Shown here: one piece after another, positions 14,684 through 25,729 of the stretch | Layout of the letters: every line of letters begins with the position of its first letter | How positions within the stretch are numbered: position 1 is the first letter of the stretch | Origin: Paraphysomonas bandaiensis | Lineage: Eukaryota > Protista > Chrysophyceae | Assembly: GCA_965644295.1 (NCBI GenBank) | Contig: CBFFRP010000297.1 | Span: 620,001 to 684,000 of the forward strand | DNA length: 64,000 bases | Reading direction: 5' to 3' | The notes under the pieces: generated by a model | Told to the model about the DNA's origin: nothing | What the model saw: the letters and a program-made list of their open reading frames with translations, nothing else | Database searches by the model: none | Program-made: the position numbers and the translations under genes

Positions 14684-17094
14684 TTATTCTTCGTCTCGCA
14701 CTGATGATGACATGACTTCATTTTTCATTGACAATTCCTGTTTTAGTAATGAAGCCACCTGGCGAGCCGCTCTCTCGCCAGAATCAAGTGCTGCATGTGC
14801 TGTGGCCCCTGGTAGATGGGTGGCTTCCCCGGCAAAGAATATATTACCATTTCCGTATGGTTCAGAGAGCATGTCAGCAAGATGGGTTTCTTTTCCAGCT
14901 AGTGGACTACAGTATCCACCACCAATGTATGGATGGTGAGCGGGGGTCCTGTGCAAGGAATAAGAGAAATCCACAACACGTAAAACTAGAGGTACACTTA
15001 TAACTTCAAACTGAACTAAATATTCATTATGAATCTCGAAACCTACCAATCCCATAACATGCCCCCCAAGAAAGCTTCCGATGGCTTCGGAAGAGATTCT
15101 GGGGCCTGTATAGTTGGGTCAAGTGGATCTCCTGACATATGTTCCGGTCGAAGGTGAGAAAATACTTCTTCTAGCTGATAAATACACTGCTTGACTACCT
15201 CCTGCATAACAATATAAGTACAATGCCGCAGATATAAGTGTTATCAAGCTTACTGCATACATGCAGCCAGTGGTCAGGAAGGTACACGTACATGGGGTGG
15301 AAGATCAGATAATCGAGCTGCATATTGAGAAGTCGTGAAACCAATGGCATAAGCCCTTGCAGGTTCATCCGCTGGAAGAGTGTGAGCATCATCACTGAGG
15401 TCCCTGAACCAAACCTCGGGCAAAAGGAAAGGTTTATCCGATGAATCCGCCATCACCATACCATGAAGATTTTTAGGCCACACTGGCGAGGAAAATTTAA
15501 GAATCACTTTGACGATGCTATTCATTGCGACCGTATCCAAAGCTTCAGTTATATTTTCGCTAAGCGGGGGAGAAAAATTAAGAATACCAGATTTTAACAC
15601 GTAAGGAGAAGCAGTTATTACTACAGATTTGGCGTAGTAAGTTTCCCCGTCAGCAGTATCAACTTTAACAAGCTCACAGAAAGGACTATTGTCGTCGGTG
15701 AACTTGGGTGTATAGGATATATTTGTAACAGGTTTATCAGTCTCAATCTGAAGCCCTTCTTTTAGATGATCTACCAGGCACTTGAAAGACTTTTTGAAGT
15801 TAAAGTCATGCTCCTCATCCTCACCATCTTCTTCGTTTCCATGCCAAAGACCCTCCCACTGGACACACCTCTTCAGCGAAAGACTATCTATCGTCGAACA
15901 TAAAGTATTAGCGAACCCCGCATTGGCCATTGCAAGCATCTCCTCGCTGAAACCCTCTTCCACAAGGTAGTCCTTCAGAGACGCTTCGTCTGACTGAGTT
16001 TCGTGGTCTAGGGTAGAAAGGCCCCACAAGGTTTCATTGATCTTTACAAATTTCTCATCTTTGGAGTCAAAACGCAGCAATTTTGAATCGCCACTTTTGT
16101 TTCGTGTGTAGTACAGCCCGTAACCACTGTCTACAGTGTATGGAAGTGGTCCTCCGTCACCATGCGCCCAACAAAAGAGCTTCCGGAGGGGCTGGTCGGT
16201 TTCTGCTGCGAACTTGGTCAGGGCAGTGTTATCACCATGGAGGAATTCAGCTCCAACATCTATATCCACACCCTTTATGAACTCCGAAACCTGCTTTACC
16301 CTTCCTCCGACGTAATCTTGTGCCTCGAGTACTAGTACATCACTGTTAGACAAGCCGTGATCATGAGAGAGGCTCCGAGCACACTGTAAGCCACTGACAC
16401 CACTACCAAGCACAATGCACTCGTAAATACGGTTTGTTGGGTATTTACTCTTAGCCTTAGCAAAATCAGAAGGAGGAGTAATAACGTCCTCAGGGGGTAG
16501 AGTCCCAATTCTCATATCCTCCAGGAGTTCAAGCGCCAAGGGTGATCGGAAATGTAGTCTATATAGCGGCTGACTCCAAAACATACTAAGATCATGACCT
16601 CCGGCTTCTAGGAGTCTTTCCTTGCCCCCTGGATGACTAGAAAGAAACTCAGAAACATCATATACGCCTTCCTTGTATGTTACCCACAGTCCTGTTTCTG
16701 TGGTATTGTGAGCCTCGACTTGCTTACGAGAATAAGTTGGCCACGTAGATGCGCTACACTCACAATTTCCTCGTCGGTTACTCCGCGGCGACAATGGGTC
16801 GCAAAACGAGAGCAGTAATGATGCAGCTATTGTGACACCGAACCATGGAGAACCATAGCTATATATGTTATTATTCTTACTCCAACTGTATGGGTGCTCT
16901 TACCTGTTTGATCGGCTATTTCCTGATGAACTGCACGTAACTGCACAGAGAGCCCCTCTCGTATAACACTTGCTGGTAAATATTCGTTCAGATGGCCGAA
17001 ACTTGAATAGAAGGAACCGATCAACAATCCCTTTACATATAGATTAGAGTGTTCAGATGATATGACTCATGGGTATTATCGTACATGACCGCAT
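14684..17094 (-). CDS. Cytochrome b5 domain + flavin-containing amine oxidase fusion protein, multi-exon
   Basis: Cyt b5 motifs (LWVTYKEGVYDVSEFLSSHPGG), FAD-binding IVLGSGVSGL...LEAQDYVGGR...GAEF, and C-terminal IFFAGEAT...TAHAALDSGERAA. GT-AG introns near 15203-15291 and 14950-15047. Inferred 5' exons give MRSWIVDRFLLFKFRPSER... (start is tentative). Confidence 0.85.
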
Positions 17095-17336
17095 TCGTTA
17101 ATAAGGAGACAAATCACCGCTTAAGAACTCTTCAAGATACGATACCAACTTCAACTATTACCCAGGAGAAGGGATGATGTAATAATGTAGTGAGAATATG
17201 ACTTAAGGGCAGCTATCTGTTGCAGTGGTCTGCGCTCTATGGCTCTGCATTGCATCATACCATCACACACCACTCAACCGTAACATCTGCATAACCGGAC
17301 AAACGGGCTGATCATATAGAAAAAAAAAAAAAGATA

Positions 17337-17409
17337 TGCCACGAACCGGGATCGAACCAGTGACCTTGAGATCTTCAGTCTCACGCTCTCCCAACTGAGC
17401 TATCGCGGC
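17337..17409 (-). tRNA. tRNA-Phe (GAA)
   Basis: GCCGCGATAGCTCAGTTGGGAGAGCGTGAGACTGAAGATCTCAAGGTCACTGGTTCGATCCCGGTTCGTGGCA, 73 nt, cloverleaf, followed by an oligo-T Pol III terminator. Confidence 0.96.
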
Positions 17410-17622
17410 AACTATGCGAAGGCATATTGCTGGTGGCTTGGGAACATAAGTGTAAAAATAGTGTAATATATATCTAATATATTAACCATATTAACTCATC
17501 AGAATTTTATGTATAGCAAAAGTCAGTCAAAAAGCAAGCCCAACTTCATCATATATATCTCAAAAGCACGGTTATTTGCAAGTTCATTGCAATATTTGCA
17601 ACTCTGGGCCGAAAAAAAGATA

Positions 17623-17695
17623 TGCCACGAACCGGGATCGAACCAGTGACCTTGAGATCTTCAGTCTCACGCTCTCCCAACTGAGCTATCGCGGC
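17623..17695 (-). tRNA. tRNA-Phe (GAA), identical second copy
   Basis: Same 73-nt sequence, with a downstream T-run terminator and a similar 5' flank. Confidence 0.96.
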
Positions 17696-17870
17696 AATTG
17701 CTGTAAGGCATATTGCTTGTGGCGTTGAGAGTATGGAAAAATTAGTGTAATATATATCTTTTTTTATGACGTACTGTAGTACTTCGTCCACCTGACTGTA
17801 AGGAGCGTATCTAGAACTGAGTGCCCGACATGACTGTTCTGATGATAGTTACGTCTGAATACACACACAC

Positions 17871-18290
17871 ATACCAGCCACAGCACACACATACCAGCCA
17901 CAGCACACACATACCAGCCACAGCACATGCATACCAGCCACAGCACACACATACCAGCCACAGCACACACATACCAGCCACAGCACACACATACCAGCCA
18001 CAGCACACACATACCAGCCACAGCACATGCATACCAGCCACAGCACACACATACCAGCCACAGCACACACATACCAGCCACAGCACACACATACCAGCCA
18101 CAGCACACACATACCAGCCACAGCACACACATACCAGCCACAGCACATGCATACCAGCCACAGCACATGCATACCAGCCACAGCACACACATACCAGCCA
18201 CAGCACATGCATACCAGCCACAGCACATGCATACCAGCCACAGCACATGCATACCAGCCACAGCACATGCATACCAGAGACAGCATGTAT
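17871..18290. repeat. 20-bp minisatellite ATACCAGCCACAGCACA(CAC/TGC), 20 full units plus a degenerate one
   Basis: Exact 20-bp period with two unit variants. Confidence 0.97.
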
Positions 18291-18628
18291 CATATGACTG
18301 ACGACTGTCATATTGAGATATCACACTGATGCATATATTTACTGGTATGATAGTAATGTATTCGAGTTGGGGTCATTCAGCCGCATGTGAGCGTAGCAGG
18401 ATGGGCTATGCACACGATGTGTTGTATTACTGGAAGACCTTGAGCGTTGTTACACTATTCCCATGGGATTAGTGCGCAGGTTTGATGGTGACTGTATTTC
18501 TGTGCTATAAGTCGTACTAAATTACGACGTAGCGCAATGCTACTCTTGATATTGTCCTCTTCTACCTCAATAAATTGTGATGCGTCTTCCCGATTACAAA
18601 TGTAGCGAAATCTATATATCAGTGTCAT

Positions 18629-18663
18629 TTGTGTTGGAATACCCTAAGGGGTATACCGGTTTA
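18629..18663 (+). repeat. 35-bp hairpin junction motif, copy A
   Basis: TTGTGTTGGAATACCCTAAGGGGTATACCGGTTTA; one mismatch to copy D. Confidence 0.9.
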
Positions 18664-19361
18664 CTCGTGCTTGATGTTATAGATCGTAAGATCATGCAAA
18701 TCATACGTTGGTCACGGGAGTCCGATTACACCAACAAAATACCTCCCCTTCTATGGGCGATATGACCCATATAATGCGTTTGAAGACACGGAAGAAGAAT
18801 TTAAAGAAAGAGTTAATCGATATATGCAGAAGGCCAGATACATCGTAAAGCAGCAACTTTATAACAACGGAGAGTATCGTGCGAACACATAATTAAATAA
18901 ATCACTGCGGTAGTAGCATTTGTACTAATTACATCGCTCGCTAAAGAATAGTGGTAACAATACCGGAATCAACTACTTCTATATATCTAGGCTAGCTAGG
19001 TAGCTAGGCTTAAATAGTGAGGCCTCTGCAACTTGTACCATCTCAGCCATGACTGCACTAAGACCGAACCGTCAATACCAGCGTGTGGTGCTTGTTAAAC
19101 CGGTAAAACATATTATTAATGTGTTGGTACATGTTTACGTAAAATAAACTCAACCTCTTCATCCATGCATGGGTATTGTTACTAGAAGAATGGATCAGAA
19201 ATAACCGCATCATTTTCATCAATAAATATATGAATTATACACTCATTAAGCCGGTATGCCCCCAACACAACCGGCTTAAAACCCTACACCTTTCGAATTT
19301 AATGGAAACAAAGTGGAAACAAATGGAAACATTTCTTGTCATTTTCTTGTCAAAACCCTAC

Positions 19362-19396
19362 TAAACCGGTATACCCCAGAGTGTAAACCAACACAA
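19362..19396 (-). repeat. 35-bp hairpin junction motif, copy B (inverted, diverged)
   Basis: Reverse complement reads TTGTGTTGGTTTACACTCTGGGGTATACCGGTTTA. Confidence 0.85.
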
Positions 19397-19489
19397 CGAG
19401 ACCTTCCAGACCAACTGTTATGAAATCGCGCGTATTCGTTATATATTGTTTACCGACGCTAGACCTGAGATTAGTAACGAGAACGTTGC

Positions 19490-19775
19490 GGTTCTCCGGC
19501 AGATCAAAGTGAATTGCCTTGATCAATGACGTTGTCGCTCATCATTGGAGTCATTTGTTCGGGAAGTTGCTCTGTAGTTATGTTTTTTTCGTCGATGTTA
19601 GTACAAAACTTTCTTATTTATATAAACATATCCACAAACATCCATTCGTATTTATTGTTATTTTTGATATAATCATCAGATTTGTGCTTTTTTGTGTTTA
19701 TGTTTTCCACCTCGCGATAAAAATTCAAGACCACACACGCATCTACTAATTCACTGACCACTTCCACCACGGTTC
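19490..19775 (-). pseudogene. Degraded intronless ORF of unknown, possibly viral, origin
   Basis: Frame reads TVVEVVSELVDACVVLNFYREVENINTKKHKSDDYIKNNNKYEWMFVDMFI*IRKFCTNIDEKN... with an internal stop. Confidence 0.35.
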
Positions 19776-19950
19776 ATAGAGTTATTGTAGCAGTATTATA
19801 CCTACTTGTTGTAAGAATTTATAATTATCTATCATTTTTTATAGAATACTACACGCTCTTTATGGATAATGCAATTACAAGAATAGATAATCAACTGAAC
19901 TATATCAGGCGGATTTGGTTCTGAGCGACTCTCTCTCTCTGGAAACATTC

Positions 19951-21740
19951 CTTGTCATTTTCTTGTAAAAGTCCTATACCTTTCGAATTTAATGGAAACA
20001 AACTGGAAACAAACAAAGAAATAAATAAACCAAATCTTGCTACGCCCGTTATCATCATCTGTTATTATATGTGGAAATGTGAACAATATTCATTGAACAC
20101 TATGACAATTTTGATTGTAAAAATATACATATAACTATTATTTTATAGAATACTGTACACTCTTTATACAAAATGCAGTGAATTACATTGTTTACAACAA
20201 TTACAAGAATAGATAATTAACTGAACTATAACCGGCGGATTTGATTCTGAGCGGCTCTCTCTCTCTGTAACCCTGGGGGTTTATATAGTAGCAAATTGTA
20301 GTAGTGAAATAAAGTATTCAGCAACAAGAAGAGAGTCAATAACAGAGGAAGGACAGTAAACAGTACAAGATAATTATTTACGAGGGATGTACAAGAATCT
20401 AGCCATGTGTCACAGAATTACAACATGCGATTCACACTGAAGTGTATACACGCGGCTACTCTAGGCAGTTATTAATATCACGACGCTCAAAACACGTTAC
20501 CCAGTATCTTTACTTGCAATTCATGTAAAGCCAGCCGACTGCACCTGTTGTTCTATGACGGAGAGGCAGTAAGGGCAATGGAGAGAGACTTAGGTAGCAT
20601 TAACGTGATGTGCACACAATTATCTCTGCATCATCCTCAGAACAGCACAAGAAGTGATCTTCAGATGTTGCTGGTACATCCTGAACATAAATGTCTCAAG
20701 TTAAGTGCAGAACTATGGATGTATACAGCCCAATACCTCTGTGAGTTGCATATTCATGACGGTGCTCTGGAGAAACAACAACAACGAGTCTCTTCTCCTC
20801 AAAGAACTTATGGATAAAATTCCGACACTTTCTGCAATGCATAATCTCGCCGTACAAATGCGGCACCACATCGGCCTCGTGGCCATGGAAATGGTTGACA
20901 ACGGGACACCGGTTGGTCTCTACAATGGAGATATCGGCGAACGCTACGAGACCGTATGTCAGCACTGTTTTCTCGAAATGGCAGCTCAAACGGGAATTAT
21001 CCACGCGGACGCGCACTTAGATAATTTTCTGATACAGACCAACTACCACAATTTCTATGACACCACAGAAAACCGACACATCCCCCCCGTTCGACCGTAT
21101 ATTATTGACTACGGAAGGGTCAATCAACTCTCTAAAAGCGAATGGGAAACGCTGCGAACATACTACAACGAGAGCAACTGGACAGAAATCATGCAATTTG
21201 TTAAACAACTCTGCAGACCCCTAGAGAACCTAGAGAAACGCACGGGCATTGACCATAGAAAGAATACGCTCCGATATTACAATGCATTCATTTTTCAGCA
21301 GTACTCTCTTCTCCCGAAAATCATATATACTTGCCATATAAGAACGATGCGATGGTGTCGGGGGATGATCCACTCGCGTCCTGGTTTTTACACCAAACGG
21401 AAACGCGTAACAACACCAACAATAACAACGTCATGCAGGATGCGAATACACCCCTGTCACTTTCCAAAGATGAAGAAGGTATGACACATGGTCCGTTCGG
21501 CACAGCAGAATCGCAACCACACGCAAAAAGACGTATAACTTTGCTGCTGCCAAGAAGACGAAATAAGAAGCTAAAAACTATTGCCAAAGGTTAATAATAT
21601 ATAATATTCAATTTTAAGTATTACATCTTGGCGAGAGCTTTTATTGTGAATGGTTGGTTCTTTCCTTTGTTTGTTTCCAGTTGGTTCCATTTATTTCCAT
21701 TAAATCCGAAAGATATGGGTTTTGACAAGAAAATGACAAG
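19951..21740. mobile_element. Segment bounded by ~80-bp imperfect inverted repeats (CTTGTCATTTTCTTGT...TTTAATGGAAA...CTGGAAACAAACAAAG) enclosing a kinase-like gene
   Basis: 19951-20030 matches the reverse complement of ~21650-21740. A third, permuted copy lies at 19279-19360. No TSD seen. Confidence 0.55.
20705..21594 (+). pseudogene. Protein kinase-like gene resembling giant-virus (Nucleocytoviricota) kinases; 5' end and tail frameshifted
   Basis: GLVAMEM, IIHADAHLDNFLI (HxDxHxxN) and PYIIDYGR (DFG-like). Intronless. A second frame (21331-21594) ends in a basic tail RRRNKKLK. The viral affinity is recalled resemblance, not a search result. Confidence 0.6.
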
Positions 21741-22487
21741 TCATAACTTTAACTCAAGGTGCGTGGTTGCCTGCCTTCTAGTGCATAGTATATGAAGTAG
21801 CTAGTACGGTAAGAAAAACAAGTCAGAACACAACCACTTTCTTGATATTACAAATAAACGACGGCTGTCTTGCTTACATATAATACTATGTAAGCAAAAT
21901 GTGATGTATTCTTAATATATAAATACAAACGCGCCGAATTCCAAATCGAGGATACCAACGCAACGCGCGCGTCTAAAACTGCCATTTCATCCTAGGTTAT
22001 TGTAATATAATAGTTACAAGTAAGTACAACTGTAGTACGTACAATATATTACAGTAATTATTAGCGATGAAAGCACAATAACAAAACGCGAACCAGATAT
22101 GCAACAGTATTTATAATCTAATAAATTAATATGAAATTTAACAAATTAATTATTAATAGCAATATCTAAATCGTTCATAGTACATTCTTGTAACTTTTTA
22201 TATCGTTTTGCGTAATAATACATACTAATATTATCGATTTCTTGTTTTTCTTGCAAACTTTTTGCAGAAGTACATATATCGACATTGATCTCTTGAGTGT
22301 TTGTAATGTGCAAATTATTTCGAAATAAGAGTTTACACACCCACCAAAATATGGAATAAATAAACTGGAAAACTAATTTAACGGCATTTTTATATTATAA
22401 AGTAGCAATATGTTGTTGTACATATTTACTCCCTTTGAACTCTGGACGCTCACCGAAAGTGTGCACCCTCAGATCTCAGAGAAGGAC

Positions 22488-24140
22488 TCATCTAGCAAAA
22501 CTACGGGGATTCAAAAAGCATAGAGCGCTGTTACCTTCGTCCGGTAGCACATCCAGAGCCTCCCAAAAATTGCTACCATACGATGCGCAACTGCTACTAC
22601 TGGCTCGATGAATAGCAATTGGAACAAACATATCACCCCGTCTAACGCAATAGAGTGACCCACAATCTCCATGGGCAGCGAATCTGCTCTCCGCGCCAAC
22701 CCATTCAACTTCCACCGCATCATGGTATTGCTCGCCGGTGCTCACATCCTGAAAAAATACACTCATTGCTCGTAGTTTCCCGATGGTGAGTCCAGTTTGT
22801 TTGCCCATCTTAAATACATCTTCTCCAACTTGAACACGAAGAGCATCGGCGGTAAGGAATTTGAGTGGTAATAAATTGTAAATACATATATTATTCTGCC
22901 GTAACGAAACGAGGGGAGAAGTTGAAGGTTTCATTGCATTGTCAACCTCAATGGTTTCTGTGGACCTATCATCTGTTGAATCCACACTCTTCTCGGAAAT
23001 ATCAATAAGGAATTCGGCGTTACTCAATGCAGAGTTAATTTCAAAAAACGAGCAATCCATCGACGGGTTTTTTAGACTGAACACATTACCCTCTGATGCA
23101 CAGATATCGTTGAACTCAGTCCAATTTTGCGATTTACCAAGCAAAGATGATGAGCTGTGCACATGATGGCATGTTAATCCATATGTTTTGTTTCCGGACA
23201 TTAAAACACATCCAAGTGCCCCTTCTTTCCAAATACCCCCTGATGTGTAGAAAGCTTCTTCCGATAAGGCAGTACTCCCTTGACCTTTTAAAGGCTTAAC
23301 ATCAGTCATATCAATTGGAAGAAGGCCCTGGCACCAACATGCTAACTCTGTACTGATGACTTTGAGATGCTGCTCTACGTTAGCAACTTCACTGGCTTCA
23401 ACTTCAATTTCAAACGGTTTTTGAGTTTCGCTTGACAAGTCAATTGAACTGCCAAGAAAGTTTAACTTCCATTCAACTGACAATGGACTTCAAAGTATTG
23501 AAAAAGAAAGCAGCTATGTCACGACGAAGCGTTCGTTTGGACAATGACTGAAATATATCGGCTATATCATCTATATCTGATGGCCAGTTACAACTTTCTC
23601 CCAAGTCTCCAGTCGTTAATCCCGGTTGTTTAATAGACAATTTCATAGCCCCACGATGTAATCGTATTGAGCGAAGAACCCGGCCGATAAATTTTCGTTC
23701 TTTCGAATGAATTGTATTCTCTGTTGAAGATTGTAGTCTTGCAGATATATCACAGAGAATAACTTTATCAACTGTATTTTGCGTTGCTTGTGAGAGTTCG
23801 TTGTGTAAATCTTCACGTTCGGATAGCAATATGAATATGTCCCGCACAAAATCGCGAAGCCTGCGAGGCCAGTATTTGCGGGAAAGAGGTGACTCGGACT
23901 TAAAATACTGATTCAGAATGGTGTCGATTTCCCAGTCTGACGGCGACTGAATAGGTGTTAAACTGTACAGTTTTTTCGCCGACATCTTTCATATGCGGTA
24001 TTGCTTCAAAGGAAATTCCACTATACATACATATTGAATAATAAATTAGTACGAACTACCAAAATAAGTGCGGAATAAGTCTAGGCGCATACCTTGCTGT
24101 TGTGAATGCCAGCCAGTTTTCGCAGCGATAGTATCCCGCC
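22488..24140 (-). pseudogene. Disrupted gene with C-terminal trypsin-fold (Nal1/Ssy5-like) peptidase domain, catalytic Ser replaced by Cys
   Basis: LTCHHV (His), MDCS (Asp), VFKMGKQTGLTIG and FAAHGDCGSL. ORFs 23473-23985 and 22488-23483 overlap out of frame without an evident intron. In-frame TGA at 23991-23989 in the upstream spliced reading. Confidence 0.65.
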
Positions 24141-24649
24141 TCAGATGAACAGAATCTACAGGTCATTATAAATGTAAATTACGCCCCACTTAAGTATCAC
24201 TCACATTGAGAGCCTACATTCTTGACAAAGCCTGCTGATACGTTCAGCGCTGCAAGCGGCAATCACCAGCGTAGACCGAATTCACAGAGAGATAACGAAG
24301 AGAAATAACATCAATGCGTACTCACAAATAGGCACTACAGGCTAACATTAATGCGGTTAGCAGCACACTGTCCTGACATTTAACACTCCAGGGGAAATCT
24401 CTATATTTTTGTTCAAAGATGCCTCTAATATTGAGACAATAATTATCTGTATTCCAGCCGTAGTTGTATTGCAGTAATATCAATGATTTTTGCTTCAATT
24501 TATTTCCGAAAAAATAAGATGCTGACTGCTGATACGAAATAATAAATAAAGTTTGCAAACTCCAGAAATTTCGATCAGTAAAAACTAAAAACCCTACATT
24601 TCAGCATTTTTCATGTCTACTCCTCTACATTTCAGAGAAATTGAACCCT

Positions 24650-25010
24650 ACACATACACATACAGCAGTATCCAACATGTCACGAACGATTATTCATATC
24701 ACCATTGCATGTATATTCCGCGATCCCCGCTTCCTTTCCTGCGGTGCCGTCAGCTTCTAATTCTTCTCTCCTGCGGTATTATCTTGAAGGCAATCACTAG
24801 CCTGGCTTTGGTTGCGATTAACTATTACGCACCCCCGTGACATGTCGAATCTCGCGCCGATGATTCCACATGTCAGTACCCTGAATAAAGTCCCTTGGAG
24901 AGGTTTCATGAGAGTATCCGCTAGCATCAACTTCCACACGTCCTGCTCAGTGGGCGCTTTCACTTGAGTGCACAAGTAAGCCACGGCCAGAAGGATATCT
25001 GGTCTCGCGC
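24650..25010 (-). mobile_element. Internally deleted Ty1/Copia (CoDi-like) remnant
   Basis: Reads ARPDILLAVAYLCTQVKAPTEQDVWKL (RT) joined to MLADTLMKPLQGTLF (RNase H end), then a GGGGGTG PPT/LTR-like start. Truncated at motif copy C. Confidence 0.7.
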
Positions 25011-25012
25011 TT

Positions 25013-25047
25013 TTGTGGTGGTATACCCTAAGGGGTATACCGGTTTA
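25013..25047 (+). repeat. 35-bp hairpin junction motif, copy C
   Basis: TTGTGGTGGTATACCCTAAGGGGTATACCGGTTTA. Confidence 0.9.
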
Positions 25048-25729
25048 CCTCCCCCCCATGAGAAGCGCAACCATGCGTGGATGGCGCTCGTGGCAGTTTT
25101 CCCCTGGACTCCTCAATACTCTACCTGGGCGTCCTTCCACGCGGCTCTCCCTGAGCTTGAGCCCTCGATTGCCAACCGGAACGACCACTTTTACCCTCTA
25201 CCAAGCGATCCGGCGCTCGCAGCGAAATATGAGGAGACCTGGCAGGACCTGGTCTGGGTGTGCCGGGAGACGTGGCTGTCTGTCAACTCACCGCCGTTGT
25301 CCCTCCTCTCCAAATCGCAGACTCCTGCCGACCCAGGGCCTCCTCCACCAGGGGATAAGCGCGCTATGTACATTCCTAACTGACTGGCATCCACGTCTGG
25401 ACGAATGGTGCTACATATAGCGACTGCGTGCCGGGCCAGGCTACACCAGGCCATCATTGACCCCTCGAAGGCTACGAACGACCTCCTGGCTGACCTATTG
25501 GTAGACTCCGAGTGGACGTACCGTCGGCGCTGCACGCCGACTCGCGCTTCCGTAATGCCGGACTGTATGCGGCGATTGTCATGCGAACTCGCACTGGATT
25601 CCCTCTCCACACGGTGGTAGCGATGGTATGCGGCTTTTTGCGATTCGATGGCGCTGTCCCGAGCGACATCCGTCGAGTGGCCGCTGACGTCTCTGGGGCG
25701 GCCCGCCAGAGAGACCTGCCCCCGGAGCT
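25048..25729 (+). other. GC-rich degenerate coding-like fragment bracketed by motif copies C and D
   Basis: Visibly GC-richer than the flanks. One frame is open throughout except for two stops (HAWMALVAVFPW...MYIPN*LASTSGRMVLHIA...STRW*RWY). Origin unknown. Confidence 0.5.

Noticed and set aside
15274-15276. TGA ending the amine oxidase ORF as possible selenocysteine or readthrough
   Set aside because: It lies inside a gtacgt...atgcag intron whose removal restores the frame.
17764-18329. Cys/Trp-rich and His-rich ORFs on both strands
   Set aside because: They are by-products of a stop-free 20-bp minisatellite.
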